Shown: in pieces, positions 39,544-50,140 of the stretch
How the letters are laid out: each line of letters starts with the position of its first letter
Position numbering within the stretch: the first letter of the stretch is position 1
Assembly: GCA_947630185.1 (NCBI GenBank)
Contig: CANRGT010000009.1
Coordinates: forward strand, 4,996-68,995
Reading direction: 5' to 3'
DNA: 64,000 bases
Source of the DNA: an uncultured Clostridia bacterium
Lineage (GTDB): Bacteria; Bacillota; Clostridia; TANB77; CAG-508
The notes under the pieces: generated by a model
Seen by the model: the letters and a program-made list of their open reading frames with translations, nothing else
Told to the model about the DNA's origin: nothing
Database searches by the model: none
Made by a program: the position numbers and the translations under genes

Positions 39544-40725
39544 CTACCAAACAATTAAACCACGTGGTACTTGTAATAAAGAACATGTAAGTGGGTTAAT
39601 TTCTGTCATATAATATGGCGTTGTAAGTATTTCAAAGTGTAAGTGTGCACCTGAGCCTATTCCTGTGCTTCCACTAAGTGCTATTTTCTGTGCTCTTGTT
39701 ACATATTGACCTTCAGATACAAGAGGCTTGCTTAAATGTTGATACCTAGTGTATAAATCATTTGCATGTTTAATTAACACAAATATTCCTCTTGCACTTG
39801 TTCTTTGAACACTTAGTACATATCCATCTGCTGATGCATATACAGGTGTTCCTTCTCTAACTGGTATATCTATTCCTCTATGGTTGCTACTAGCTCCTGC
39901 AACTGGTGAATTTCTTGAACCAAATCCAGAACTAACCTCATTATAATATTTTGATTTTTCTGAAATTGGCCATCCTAATGTTCCTGAAAAGCTTCCACTA
40001 TATACATCTGAAGCACTTGCTGCTTGTCTTCTAATTTGTTCTTCAATTCTCTCTAAATCTTTTTTGTATTCTTCTAACTCTTTTTGAACTTTCTTTTCTT
40101 GATCTGTTAATTTTGCAACTTTTTCTTCTTTTTCTTGTTTTGTTACTTCCATTTGTTTTTCTTTTACTTCTGCTGACTTTTTAGCTGTATCTAATTTATC
40201 TTTTTGTTCTTTTAGCTCATTTCTTGCTTTTTCTAGGTTTTGCATTTCTTTTTCTACTTCATCCATTTGGTCATTATCTGCTTCTGTTAATTCCTGTACC
40301 CTTGTTCCCATTGATATGTAATCCCATATACTTTCTGCTGATAACAAAACATCTAAGAAAGTAATTTGACCTTCTTCATAAATTGCAACTAATCTATCCT
40401 CTAGTAACTGCTTCTTTTTCTCTAAATCTTCTTCTGCAGCAGTTATCTCGTTATTTTTAGTTTCAATATCTTTTTCTAGGTCTTCAATTTGTATTTTCAA
40501 TCTTCTAATATCAGATTGATATTGTGAAATTGAATCTTCCAAATCTGATATTTCATCTAATGCTGTTTTCTTTTGGCTTTCAATATCTTTTTTTGCTTCG
40601 TTTGCACTCTCTATGTTTTGTTGAATTTCATTTTTTTGCTGATTATAATTAACTGCAAATACTCTTGTAACCATACTTATTAGAATAAATAATGCTAATA
40701 AAGCAGAGACTATTTTTCTTTTCAT
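39544..40725 (-). CDS. coiled-coil M23 metallopeptidase (EnvC-like), second paralogue
   Basis: 393 aa with the same architecture. HRGID and HLHFE motifs are intact. Confidence 0.85.
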   Translation of the reverse strand: MKRKIVSALLALFILISMVTRVFAVNYNQQKNEIQQNIESANEAKKDIESQKKTALDEISDLEDSISQYQSDIRRLKIQIEDLEKDIETKNNEITAAEEDLEKKKQLLEDRLVAIYEEGQITFLDVLLSAESIWDYISMGTRVQELTEADNDQMDEVEKEMQNLEKARNELKEQKDKLDTAKKSAEVKEKQMEVTKQEKEEKVAKLTDQEKKVQKELEEYKKDLERIEEQIRRQAASASDVYSGSFSGTLGWPISEKSKYYNEVSSGFGSRNSPVAGASSNHRGIDIPVREGTPVYASADGYVLSVQRTSARGIFVLIKHANDLYTRYQHLSKPLVSEGQYVTRAQKIALSGSTGIGSGAHLHFEILTTPYYMTEINPLTCSLLQVPRGLIVW

Positions 40726-40777
40726 ATGCGTTTTCTCCTCTTTTTATCTGATTTTGTGCTTCGTATTTTTTGTCCAT

Positions 40778-41689
40778 TTATACATCTAAATATTTTCTCA
40801 TTGAAATTGCACTACCTATTGCACCAATTCCAATTCCAAGTATTAAATATACAGTTATTAAAACTCCAAACATTTCTTGCATTGATAATAGCTGTACACT
40901 CATATTAGCAAGAAGTAATGATTGTTCTACTTTTTCAACTACTACATTATAGCAAATTCCTAAAACTAAAATTGAAATTAAAACTGAAATTACTCCAATT
41001 AACATACCTTCTACCATAAATGGCCATCTTATAAATCCATTTGTTGCACCTACATATTTCATGATTGAAATTTCTTTTCTTCTTGAATGAACTGTTAATT
41101 TTATTGTATTTGTAATTATAAAAATAGAAATTAGTACTAAAATTATTAAAATAATAATTGTAATTATCTTTAATCCATCTGCAATTTTAATTAAAGCTTC
41201 AATAGTTTCTGATTTACTAGTAATACTAGCTACAATATCAGATGTTAAGATTTGGTTTTGCACTTCATCTACTTTTGTTAAGTCTGTCAAAGTTACTATA
41301 TAAGCTGCTTTAAAAGGATTTTTTTCTTCATATGTTGCAAGTAAAGATTTTCTATTTTTAAACATTCTCTTTACTTCTTCTAAAGCTTGATCTTTTGATT
41401 GATATGTGCATGTGTTTACATATTCCATTTGTGATATTTTGTTTCCCAATTCTGTGGTCTGCTCTTGTGTTGCCTCATCATAAATAAACACCTTTATACC
41501 TTGTTGCTCTTCTACTGTTTTTGTAATATGGTTTACATTTTCTCCTACAACAAAGAAAATTCCAAATATAAACATAGTTGCACACATTATAACTAAAGAT
41601 GCTATTGTAGATTTTTTATTTTTAAATACATTTCTAAAACCTTCACCTATTAAATACCCAAAAATACTATATCTCACGGTTATAACCAC
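40778..41689 (-). CDS. ftsX: cell division ABC transporter permease-like protein FtsX
   Basis: 303 aa with four TM segments and a large first extracellular loop. It overlaps the ftsE stop. Confidence 0.9.
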   Translation of the reverse strand: MVITVRYSIFGYLIGEGFRNVFKNKKSTIASLVIMCATMFIFGIFFVVGENVNHITKTVEEQQGIKVFIYDEATQEQTTELGNKISQMEYVNTCTYQSKDQALEEVKRMFKNRKSLLATYEEKNPFKAAYIVTLTDLTKVDEVQNQILTSDIVASITSKSETIEALIKIADGLKIITIIILIILVLISIFIITNTIKLTVHSRRKEISIMKYVGATNGFIRWPFMVEGMLIGVISVLISILVLGICYNVVVEKVEQSLLLANMSVQLLSMQEMFGVLITVYLILGIGIGAIGSAISMRKYLDV

Positions 41690-42353
41690 CTTTTTTATCG
41701 TCTCTTACGATATTACCTTCTTCAATTTGAATTACTCTCTTTTTCATTCTGTCTACTATATCTTTTGCATGTGTTGCAACAACTACAGTTGTACCTCTGT
41801 TATTTATATCATTTAAAAGTGTCATAATATCCCATGCTGTTTCTGGGTCTAAGTTTCCTGTAGGCTCATCTGCTATAAGCATTGATGGATTATTTACTAA
41901 TGCTCTTGCTAAAGCTACTCTTTGTTGTTCCCCTCCAGATAATTCATTTGGATACATTTTTGCTTTATTACTTAATCCAACTAATGATAATACCATTGGA
42001 ACTTGTCTTCTTATATGTCTAGGAGTTGACCTTACTATATACATTGCATAAGCTACATTGTCATATACTGTTCTATCTGGTAAAAGTCTAAAATCTTGAA
42101 AAACTACTCCCATACTTCTTCTTAAGAATGGAACACGTTTTGGTTTTAAAAAAGTAGTATCTTTTCCATTTATAATGATGTTTCCAGAAGTTGGCTCTTC
42201 CTCTTTTAATATTAACTTTATAAGTGTTGATTTACCTGAACCTGAGCTTCCTACTAAAAACGCAAATTCACCTTTATCAATAATAAAATTAGCATTATGT
42301 ACGGCCTCTGTACCAGTATCATATGTTTTGCTAACATTTCTAAATTCTATCAT
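41667..42353 (-). CDS. ftsE: cell division ATP-binding protein FtsE
   Basis: Begins MIEFRNVSKTY, with GSSGSGKST (Walker A), LSGGEQQRV and LIADEPTGNLD. An AAGAGGAG site lies 7 nt before ATG 42353. The ORF is open to 42386. Confidence 0.9.
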   Translation of the reverse strand: MIEFRNVSKTYDTGTEAVHNANFIIDKGEFAFLVGSSGSGKSTLIKLILKEEEPTSGNIIINGKDTTFLKPKRVPFLRRSMGVVFQDFRLLPDRTVYDNVAYAMYIVRSTPRHIRRQVPMVLSLVGLSNKAKMYPNELSGGEQQRVALARALVNNPSMLIADEPTGNLDPETAWDIMTLLNDINNRGTTVVVATHAKDIVDRMKKRVIQIEEGNIVRDDKKGGYNREI

Positions 42354-42550
42354 AAGTGTACTCCTCTTTTCTATTATCCTTATCATAACAATAAACTAAT
42401 TTATTTGCAAGTCCTTTTTTTGGTATTTTGAAGAAAAAAGACAGAATAAATCAATAATTTAATTAGCGATTTTCTGCCTTTTGCTTTATAATACTATATT
42501 TTGGGTTTGCTACAAAATTCACAAAAAATTTACAATTATTTTTTATATAT

Positions 42551-42717
42551 GCTAAAAATATTATGTTTTGTAAGTACCGCGTAGCGTTCAAACGAAGCGT
42601 AAGCGAAGTGCGCTTGGAGCAACCAACATACAAGTAGTAATAAATTGTTAAGTATTAACAATTTATTACATAATATGGTTGCGACAACAAGGTACTAAAA
42701 AACATAATATTTTTAGC
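42551..42717 (+). repeat. GC-rich-core hairpin element, copy R4 (longest, archetype)
   Basis: Perfect 19-bp arms GCTAAAAATATTATGTTTT/AAAACATAATATTTTTAGC, stem GTACC/GGTAC. Core is GCGTAGCGTTCAAACGAAGCGTAAGCGAAGTGCGCTTGGAGCAACC. Apical hairpin is GTAATAAATTGTTAA/TTAACAATTTATTAC. Right side is GGTTGCGACAACAAG. Confidence 0.75.
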
Positions 42718-42721
42718 TTTA

Positions 42722-43648
42722 TCATACAAATTTTTCAATAATAGCGTTACTGTCAATTTTGAAGTATTTTAATAATTCTTCTGCTTTGCCAGATTTACCA
42801 AATGTATCTTTTACACCCATTCTTTCTACTTTGGCTGGATATTCTTCTGCTAGAACTTCACAGACTGCACTTCCTAGTCCTCCTATGATACTATGATCTT
42901 CAACTGTAATTAGTCTTTTTGTTTCTTTTGCACATTTTATTATTAGTTCTTTATCTATTGGCTTTATTGTATACATATCTACAACACGTACATTTATATT
43001 TTTCTTTTTAAGTTCTTCTTGTGCAATTAAAGCTTCTGAAACAGTTACACCTGTAGCAAAAATTGTAGCATCTGTTTCATCTCCATGTTGAATAGCCTTT
43101 CCTATTTCAAATTTTTGCTTCTCATCATAAATTACTGGTGTTGATAATCTACTTAATCTAACATAAGCAGGTCCATGAAATTTACTTATTTCCTCTATTA
43201 CCCATTTTGTTTGTGTATCATCTGATGGTGAAATTACTGTCATATTAGGAAGTGTTCTCATTAAGCTTAAATCTTCTAGCATTTGATGTGTTGCACCATC
43301 TTCGCCAACTGTTACACCTGCATGTGTTGCACAGATTTTAACATTTAAATTTGGATAGCAAATACTATTACGAATTTGGTCATAAGCTCTACCTGCTGCA
43401 AATACTGCAAACGTACTTGCATACGGAATTTTATTGCAAGTTGAAAGTCCTGCAGATATTCCCATTAAATTTTGTTCTGCAATTCCAACGTCGATAAATC
43501 TTTCAGGAAATTTCTTTGCAAATATATTAGTTTTTGTAGCTGATGATAAATCTGCATCTAGTACAACAACATTTTCATTTTTTTCTCCAAGCTCAGCTAA
43601 AGCCTCACCATAGCTTTGTCTTGTAGCAATTTTCTTTTCCATATTCAT
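42722..43648 (-). CDS. tkt: transketolase, C-terminal (pyrimidine-binding) subunit
   Basis: Begins MNMEKKIATRQSYGEALAELG, with GIAEQNLMGISAGL. The split-tkt arrangement is typical of Clostridia. Confidence 0.9.
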   Translation of the reverse strand: MNMEKKIATRQSYGEALAELGEKNENVVVLDADLSSATKTNIFAKKFPERFIDVGIAEQNLMGISAGLSTCNKIPYASTFAVFAAGRAYDQIRNSICYPNLNVKICATHAGVTVGEDGATHQMLEDLSLMRTLPNMTVISPSDDTQTKWVIEEISKFHGPAYVRLSRLSTPVIYDEKQKFEIGKAIQHGDETDATIFATGVTVSEALIAQEELKKKNINVRVVDMYTIKPIDKELIIKCAKETKRLITVEDHSIIGGLGSAVCEVLAEEYPAKVERMGVKDTFGKSGKAEELLKYFKIDSNAIIEKFV

Positions 43649-43733
43649 ATTTTTTCTTCCTTTCTTTGTTTGCATTATTTCTATTGATTTATTCTAAATT
43701 ATTAAAGTTATTTAACTGCAACTTGCATTTTTT

Positions 43734-44573
43734 CTAGTCAATATATTTTAATTTTAGCTCACTTATAGCTTGTTTGTATTGTTCTTCATTTGGAGCTTTT
43801 CCATGCCATGAAGCATCATTTTCCATAAATGATACTCCTTTTCCTTTTACAGTTTCTGCAATAATAACACTTGGCATTCCTTTTTTCTGTTTTACTGTAT
43901 CAAAAGCATGAATTAAGTTTTCAATATTATGGCCGTCAACTGTTACTACATAAAATCCAAAACTTTCAAATTTTTCTTTAATATCCATTAATCCTGCTAC
44001 ATTTTCTACATTTCCGTCAATTTGCAAATGATTGTGGTCAACTATTAAACAAATATTATCAAGTTTATTTTTGCTAGCAGACATTGCTGCTTCCCATACT
44101 TGCCCTTCTTCTATTTCTCCATCTCCCACTAAACAATAAACTCTATAACCTGCACTATTCATTTTAGAAGCTAAAGCCATTCCAACTGATGCAGATAGCC
44201 CTTGTCCTAGTGAGCCTGTTGTCATATCAACACCAGGTACTTTGTTCATATCTGGGTGACCTTGCATATTACTTCCTATTTTACGAAAGTCTTTTAATAA
44301 TTCTCTACTAAAATAACCTTTTCTTGCAAGTACTGCATATAACGCAGTAGAGCAATGACCTTTTGAAAGTACAAATCTATCTCTTTCTTGTGAATCTGGC
44401 TTTTTAGGGTCTATGTTCATTTGGTTAAAATATAATACTGCCAAAATATCAGCGCAAGAAAGCGCACCGCCAGGATGACCTGACTGCGCGCTGTATACCT
44501 GTTCAATTACATCTATTCTAATATCATTTGCAATATTTTCTAATGCTTCTATTTTTGTAATTTTCATATTCAA
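43734..44573 (-). CDS. tkt: transketolase, N-terminal (TPP-binding) subunit
   Basis: 279 aa. Motifs: SGHPGGALSCADIL, GSLGQGLS, GDGEIEEGQVWEA. Confidence 0.9.
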   Translation of the reverse strand: MNMKITKIEALENIANDIRIDVIEQVYSAQSGHPGGALSCADILAVLYFNQMNIDPKKPDSQERDRFVLSKGHCSTALYAVLARKGYFSRELLKDFRKIGSNMQGHPDMNKVPGVDMTTGSLGQGLSASVGMALASKMNSAGYRVYCLVGDGEIEEGQVWEAAMSASKNKLDNICLIVDHNHLQIDGNVENVAGLMDIKEKFESFGFYVVTVDGHNIENLIHAFDTVKQKKGMPSVIIAETVKGKGVSFMENDASWHGKAPNEEQYKQAISELKLKYID

Positions 44574-44712
44574 TTCTCTCCTTTTTTATTTTTATTTACT
44601 TCGTATATTCTATATCATTTTATATAAAAAAGGAATACTTTTTATCTAATAGTTTTGTAAAATTATTGTGACCTGTCCTTATGCTTACAAAATAAAGAAA
44701 GCAGATCTAATA

Positions 44713-45339
44713 TTATTTTGTTCCAAAAATCCTGTCTCCTGCATCTCCTAAACCTGGAACAATATATTTATTTTCATTTAAGTGGTCATCTATGTGTGCA
44801 CAATAAATTTGAACATCTGGATGCTTTTCTTCTACTTTTTCAATTTCTTCTGGTGCTGCAATAATAGATAAAAATTTAATATTTTTTACACCTTTACTTT
44901 TTAAAAGTTCTATTGCATCTAATGCTGAACCTCCTGTTGCAAGCATTGGGTCTAATATGATTACTTCTCTATGTTCAATGTCTTTTGGTACCTTGAAATA
45001 ATAATTAACTGGTTCAAATGTTTTTTCGTTTCTATACATTCCAATATGCCCTATTTTTGCATTTGGAATTACTCTAATTACGCCATCTAACATACCAGTA
45101 CCTGCTCTTAAAATTGGTACAAATGCGTATTTATCTTCATCTAGTTTTCCTATTTTCATTTTTTCAAGTGGTGTTTCAATTTCTGTGGTTTCTAGCTTAG
45201 CATCTCTCATTGCCTCATAGCATAAGAACATTGCTATTTCAGATATTAGCTCTCTAAATTCCTTAGTCCCTGTTTTTTTATCCCTTAATATTGCAAGTTT
45301 GTGTTCTATTAAAGGATGATTTAATTCAATAGTTTTCAT
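44713..45339 (-). CDS. upp: uracil phosphoribosyltransferase
   Basis: Begins [23 protein letters not shown], with [11 protein letters not shown]. An AAGGGGGTG site lies before ATG 45339. Confidence 0.95.
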   Translation of the reverse strand: MKTIELNHPLIEHKLAILRDKKTGTKEFRELISEIAMFLCYEAMRDAKLETTEIETPLEKMKIGKLDEDKYAFVPILRAGTGMLDGVIRVIPNAKIGHIGMYRNEKTFEPVNYYFKVPKDIEHREVIILDPMLATGGSALDAIELLKSKGVKNIKFLSIIAAPEEIEKVEEKHPDVQIYCAHIDDHLNENKYIVPGLGDAGDRIFGTK

Positions 45340-45448
45340 ATTTTTGCACCCCCTTAAAAATTTTACTATAACCATTTTTGAAATGCAATAGAATATATTC
45401 TTTTTATTTCATATAAATCATAAAATTTATTTAATAGGAGGTCTTGTT

Positions 45449-46457
45449 TATGAAAAATATTAAGCTTGCAGTTGTAGGTGCTACTGGCGTTGTTGGTAGA
45501 ACTGTTTTAAAGGTTTTAGAAGAAAAAAAATTACCTATTTCTAAATATGAATTTTTTGCATCCAAAAGGTCTGCTGGTACGAAAGTTACTTTCTTAAACA
45601 AAGAATACATTATTCAAGAATTAACTACTTCTTCATTTGATAGTGGTTTTGATTTTGCTATTTTTTGTGCTGGCTCTGACGTTTCTAAAATTTTTGCTCC
45701 TATTGCTGTTTCTAAAGGATGCATAGTTATTGACAATAGTAGCTATTTTCGTATAGATACAAGTGTGCCACTTATTGTTCCCGAGGTAAATGCTGAAGAG
45801 ATAAATAATCATCATGGAATAATTGCAAATCCTAATTGTTCTACTATTCAAGCGGTAGTAGCTTTAAAGCCACTAGATACAGCCTACAATATTAAAAGAA
45901 TTGTTTATAGCACTTATCAAGCTGTTTCTGGGGCTGGTTATAAAGGCATAACAGATTTAAAAAATGGAATATTAGATTTTGAAAAAGGTGAAGCAAACTA
46001 TGAACTTCAAAAATTCCCACAACCTATTTTTAGTAATTGTTTGCCACATATTGACGTATTTTTAGAAAATGGTTATACAAAAGAAGAAGAAAAAATGATA
46101 AATGAAACTAGAAAAATTTTAAAAAGACCTGATTTAAGAATTACTGCAACTACTGTACGAGTTCCTGTTTTTAATAGTCATAGTGAAAGTATAAATGTAG
46201 AATTTGAAAAAGATTTTTCTATTGATGATTTAGTAAATTGCTTAAAAAATGCTCCCGGAATTGTTTTAAAAGATGATACCAAAAATGAGGTTTACCCTAC
46301 TACTTTAGATACAAATAATCAAGATAAAGTTTTCGTTGGAAGGGTTAGAAGAGATTATAGTATTAATTCTGGCATTAATTTGTGGGTTGTTGCTGATAAT
46401 GTTCGAAAAGGTGCTGCTAGTAATGCAGTACAAATTTTGGAGAAGTTGCTTATTTAA
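45449..46457 (+). CDS. asd: aspartate-semialdehyde dehydrogenase
   Basis: Begins MKNIKLAVVGATGVVG, with IIANPNCSTIQ containing the catalytic Cys. AGGAGG lies 7 nt before ATG 45449. Confidence 0.95.
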
Positions 46458-46582
46458 GAAATAAAAATTTTAAGAAGTTTCGTTTAACACAGTGTTTTCA
46501 TTTAGCTTAACATATTGTATTTTTTAAGAAAATGTGATAAAATTCTAGTGCTTAAAAAAACTAGGAGGTTTCATATTAAAAT

Positions 46583-47311
46583 ATGTTAGAATTAAAAGAC
46601 ATCTCTTTTGCAAGAGATAATAAACAAATTTTAAATCATATTAACTTAAAAATAGATAATAGCAAGTTAATTGCAATTACCGGACCTAATGGCTCTGGTA
46701 AATCTACACTTGCTAAAATTATAATGGGTATTTTAGTTCCAGACTCTGGAAGCATTTTATTTGAAGGAACTGATATTACTAAAATGAGTATTACAGATAG
46801 AGCTAAGCTTGGCATTGGTTTTGCTTTTCAACAACCTGTTAAGTTTAAAGGCTTAACTGTAAAGGATTTAATTGAGCTTGCTTCTGGCAATCAAATTAAG
46901 CTTAGTGAAGCTTGCGACCTTTTATCTGATGTTGGCTTATGTGCTAAAGATTATTTAGATAGAGAAATCAGTTCTTCTCTTTCTGGTGGAGAGCTTAAGC
47001 GTATTGAAATTGCTATGCTTGCTGCAAAAAAATCTAAGCTTACTGTTTTCGACGAGCCTGAAGCTGGTATTGATTTATGGAGTTTTAATAATTTAATTGG
47101 TATTTTTGAAAAAATGCACAAAGAAATTAAAGATTCTTCTATTGTGATTATTTCTCACCAAGAAAAAATTTTAAATATTGCTGATGAAATTGTTTTACTT
47201 TCTGATGGTGAAATTGAAGCTGTTGGTCAAAAAGATGAAGTTTTGCCTTTACTTTTAAATAGAGCTAAAAAGCCTTGCAAGGTAATGCTTGATAAAGGAG
47301 GAAATGCTTAA
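46583..47311 (+). CDS. sufC: Fe-S cluster assembly ATPase SufC
   Basis: 242 aa. Motifs: GPNGSGKST, LSGGELKR, VFDEPEAGID. Confidence 0.85.
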   Translation: MLELKDISFARDNKQILNHINLKIDNSKLIAITGPNGSGKSTLAKIIMGILVPDSGSILFEGTDITKMSITDRAKLGIGFAFQQPVKFKGLTVKDLIELASGNQIKLSEACDLLSDVGLCAKDYLDREISSSLSGGELKRIEIAMLAAKKSKLTVFDEPEAGIDLWSFNNLIGIFEKMHKEIKDSSIVIISHQEKILNIADEIVLLSDGEIEAVGQKDEVLPLLLNRAKKPCKVMLDKGGNA

Positions 47312-47312
47312 T

Positions 47313-48254
47313 ATGGCTGAGAATATGGAAAACAAGTTAGATAAAATTGAGAAAAATTTATTAAAAGCTATTGCAGATATTGAAAAAACACCTATGGGCG
47401 CTTTTAATATTCGTGAAAATGGTAAAGGTATTGCTAGAAATACAACAGCAAATATTGATATAGTTACCAAACAAGATAAGCCAGGTATTGATATTATAGT
47501 TAAACCAAATACTCAAAATGAAAGTGTCCATATTCCTGTTTTATTAACTGAGGCTGGATTTAATGATGTTGTATATAATGATTTTTATATTGGTGAAAAT
47601 GCAAGTGTTGTAATTGTTGCAGGATGTGGAATTCATAATAATTCTTGTGAAACTTCTGAGCATGACGGAATTCACACTTTCCATTTAGCTAAAGGTGCTA
47701 AAGTAAAATATGTTGAAAAACATTATGGAGAAGGTAATGGCACAGGAGATAGAATTTTAAACCCACAAACTATTGTATTTTTAGAAGATGGTGCAACCTT
47801 AGAAATGGAAACAGTACAAATTAAAGGTGTTACATCTACTATTCGTGAAACCAAGGGCGAACTTGGCGATAATTCTAATTTGGTAATTACAGAAAGAATT
47901 ATGACACATGAAAATCAAACTGCAAAAACAATTTTTGACGTCAACTTAAATGGTGAAAATTCTAGTGTGCATGTTGCTTCTCGTTCTATTGCAAGAGATA
48001 ATTCTGTTCAAGAATTTATTTCTAATGTAAATGGAAATAATAAATGCTTTGGCCATGTAGAATGTGATGCTATTATAATGGACAAAGCAAAAGTTACCTC
48101 TACACCTAAAATTGTGGCAAACCATGTTGATGCAAGTTTAGTCCATGAGGCTGCTATTGGAAAAATTGCAGGCGAGCAAATTATCAAGCTTATGTCTCTT
48201 GGTCTTACTGAAAAAGAAGCCGAAGAACAAATTATTAGTGGCTTTTTGAAGTAG
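47313..48254 (+). CDS. SufB/SufD family Fe-S cluster assembly protein
   Basis: About 313 aa, beta-helix-like. Contains AGCGIHNNSCETSEHDGIHTFHL...EAAIGKIAGEQIIKLMSLGLTEKEAEEQI. It starts directly after the sufC stop. Confidence 0.8.
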   Translation: MAENMENKLDKIEKNLLKAIADIEKTPMGAFNIRENGKGIARNTTANIDIVTKQDKPGIDIIVKPNTQNESVHIPVLLTEAGFNDVVYNDFYIGENASVVIVAGCGIHNNSCETSEHDGIHTFHLAKGAKVKYVEKHYGEGNGTGDRILNPQTIVFLEDGATLEMETVQIKGVTSTIRETKGELGDNSNLVITERIMTHENQTAKTIFDVNLNGENSSVHVASRSIARDNSVQEFISNVNGNNKCFGHVECDAIIMDKAKVTSTPKIVANHVDASLVHEAAIGKIAGEQIIKLMSLGLTEKEAEEQIISGFLK

Positions 48255-48435
48255 CTTGAATTTCTAAGTTGTTTTATTATTTTATTTTTCAAAAATATAT
48301 TATGTAAAAATTTTAAAGCTAAAAAAGTTTTAGTTTATTATAAAAATATTTTTAAGTTTAAGAAGGACAGCTTCCTTTTTCCTATTTTATTCATATAATT
48401 TTAATGAATAAAAGAGAAAAAAGGAAGTGTTTTTA

Positions 48436-49323
48436 TTGAAAAAAAATTTATTTATTGGTTGTGGAACTGCGCTAGTTACCCCATTTTTAGAAGATGGTAG
48501 TATAAACTGGGAGGAGCTAAAAAAACTACTAGAATTTCAAATTGAGCAAGGTGCCGATAGCATTATTATATGTGGAACTACTGGCGAATCTGCTACATTA
48601 TCATTAGAGGAGAAAAAACAGCTTATTAAATACACTTTATCAATAGTACATAAAAGAATACCTGTAATTGCAGGTACTGGCGGAAATGATACAAAATCTG
48701 TAATTGAGCTTTCAAAATATGCCAAAGATGTTGGAGCCGATGGTCTTTTAATAGTTACCCCATATTATAATAAAACTACTCAAAAAGGGCTTATTGCTCA
48801 TTACTCTAAAATTTCAAGTGAAGTTTCACTTCCTATTATTTTGTATAATGTTCCAAGTAGAACTGGGCTTAATATTGAGCCTGAAACCTGTTTAGAGCTT
48901 TCAAAAATTTCTAATATTGTTGGTATTAAAGAAGCAAGTGGTAACCTTTCACAAGTAGCAAAAATTTCAAATTTATGCCAAGATAATTTATGGATTTATT
49001 CTGGTAATGATGACCAAACACTTCCTATTCTATCTTTAGGTGGAATTGGCGTTATTTCTGTACTTTCTAATTTAGTGCCAAAATTAGTCCATAACATGGT
49101 TTTTGACTATATAAGTGGAAATTATACTTTAGCTAAAGATACTCAAATAAAAATAATTCCTCTTGTTAATAGCTTATTTAGTGAAGTAAATCCTATTCCA
49201 GTAAAATATGCATTAAATCTTATGGAATATTCTGTTGGGGAGCCTCGTCTCCCTCTTGTTGGAATGACTTTAGAAGGTCAAGCGAAGTTAAAAGCAGAAA
49301 TGGAAAAATTACAAATTATTTAA
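48436..49323 (+). CDS. dapA: 4-hydroxy-tetrahydrodipicolinate synthase
   Basis: Contains GTALVTPF, GTTGESATLS and YNVPSRTG. AAAAGGAAG lies 9 nt before TTG 48436. The ORF is open from GTG 48427. Confidence 0.9.
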   Translation: MKKNLFIGCGTALVTPFLEDGSINWEELKKLLEFQIEQGADSIIICGTTGESATLSLEEKKQLIKYTLSIVHKRIPVIAGTGGNDTKSVIELSKYAKDVGADGLLIVTPYYNKTTQKGLIAHYSKISSEVSLPIILYNVPSRTGLNIEPETCLELSKISNIVGIKEASGNLSQVAKISNLCQDNLWIYSGNDDQTLPILSLGGIGVISVLSNLVPKLVHNMVFDYISGNYTLAKDTQIKIIPLVNSLFSEVNPIPVKYALNLMEYSVGEPRLPLVGMTLEGQAKLKAEMEKLQII

Positions 49324-49401
49324 AATTTTCTTAAATTTGTTCACTTTTTAAGAATATATGATATAATAGTATTATAGATAAAAAAAAGGGAGTTACTAAT
49401 C

Positions 49402-49959
49402 GTGGTAAAAAATATAACAAAAGATACTATAGAAAATCACTCATACGCTGAATTTTTTTCTATAATAAATGATTTAATTAAAGATGAAAATGTACAAAAA
49501 ATGAGAAACTTCAATCAGCATGCTCGTACTTCTTGTTATCAGCATTGTATGCAAGTGGCTTACTATACATATCTTATTTGTAAAAAATTAAATTTAGATT
49601 ATATATCAGCTACTCGTGGTGCTATGCTTCATGACTTATTTTTATATGACTGGCATAATCATGTAAGCGAGGAAAAAGGCTTTAAAAATTTACATGCATT
49701 TAGTCATCCAAAAATTGCTTTAAAAAATGCCAATAAATTTTTTGAATTAAATGAAATTGAACAAGATGTAATTTTAAAACATATGTGGCCTGTAACAATA
49801 AGTATTCCTAAGTACCGTGAATCATTAGTTGTCACATTTGCTGATAAATATAGTGCTACTAGAGAAACCTTCTTCTATATGCTAAATTTATTACATACTA
49901 AAAAAGTTTACAAATATGCTTATGTATTTTTAAGTTTATTTATTTTCCGTATAGTTTAA
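49402..49959 (+). CDS. HD-domain phosphohydrolase
   Basis: 185 aa with H...HD (MLHDLFLYDWH). Uses a GTG start 9 nt after AAGGGAG. Confidence 0.7.
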   Translation: MVKNITKDTIENHSYAEFFSIINDLIKDENVQKMRNFNQHARTSCYQHCMQVAYYTYLICKKLNLDYISATRGAMLHDLFLYDWHNHVSEEKGFKNLHAFSHPKIALKNANKFFELNEIEQDVILKHMWPVTISIPKYRESLVVTFADKYSATRETFFYMLNLLHTKKVYKYAYVFLSLFIFRIV

Positions 49960-50049
49960 GGCTTGAATAATATAAAACATTTTAATAATTATATCGATTA
50001 ATTTATATATTTTAACTTGAATAATTTAAAAACTTATTTAATAAAATTA

Positions 50050-50083
50050 AGAATAGAGATTTATATTTCTCTATTCTTTTTTA
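50050..50083 (+). terminator. intrinsic terminator after the HD-domain gene
   Basis: AGAATAGAG-10 nt-CTCTATTCT followed by T5. Confidence 0.65.
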
Positions 50084-50109
50084 TTGTGAAACAACAAGGT
50101 TCTCTGGTA

Positions 50110-50140
50110 CCCACCCACAATCTTTGATTGTGATGGTGGG
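50110..50140 (+). promoter_or_regulatory. GC-rich hairpin in the dapB 5' region (candidate attenuator or regulatory structure)
   Basis: CCCACC-C-ACAATC tttg GATTGT-GAT-GGTGGG, a 13-bp interrupted stem. It lies 30 nt upstream of the dapB SD, and AGGTTCT occurs three times around it. Confidence 0.3.
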
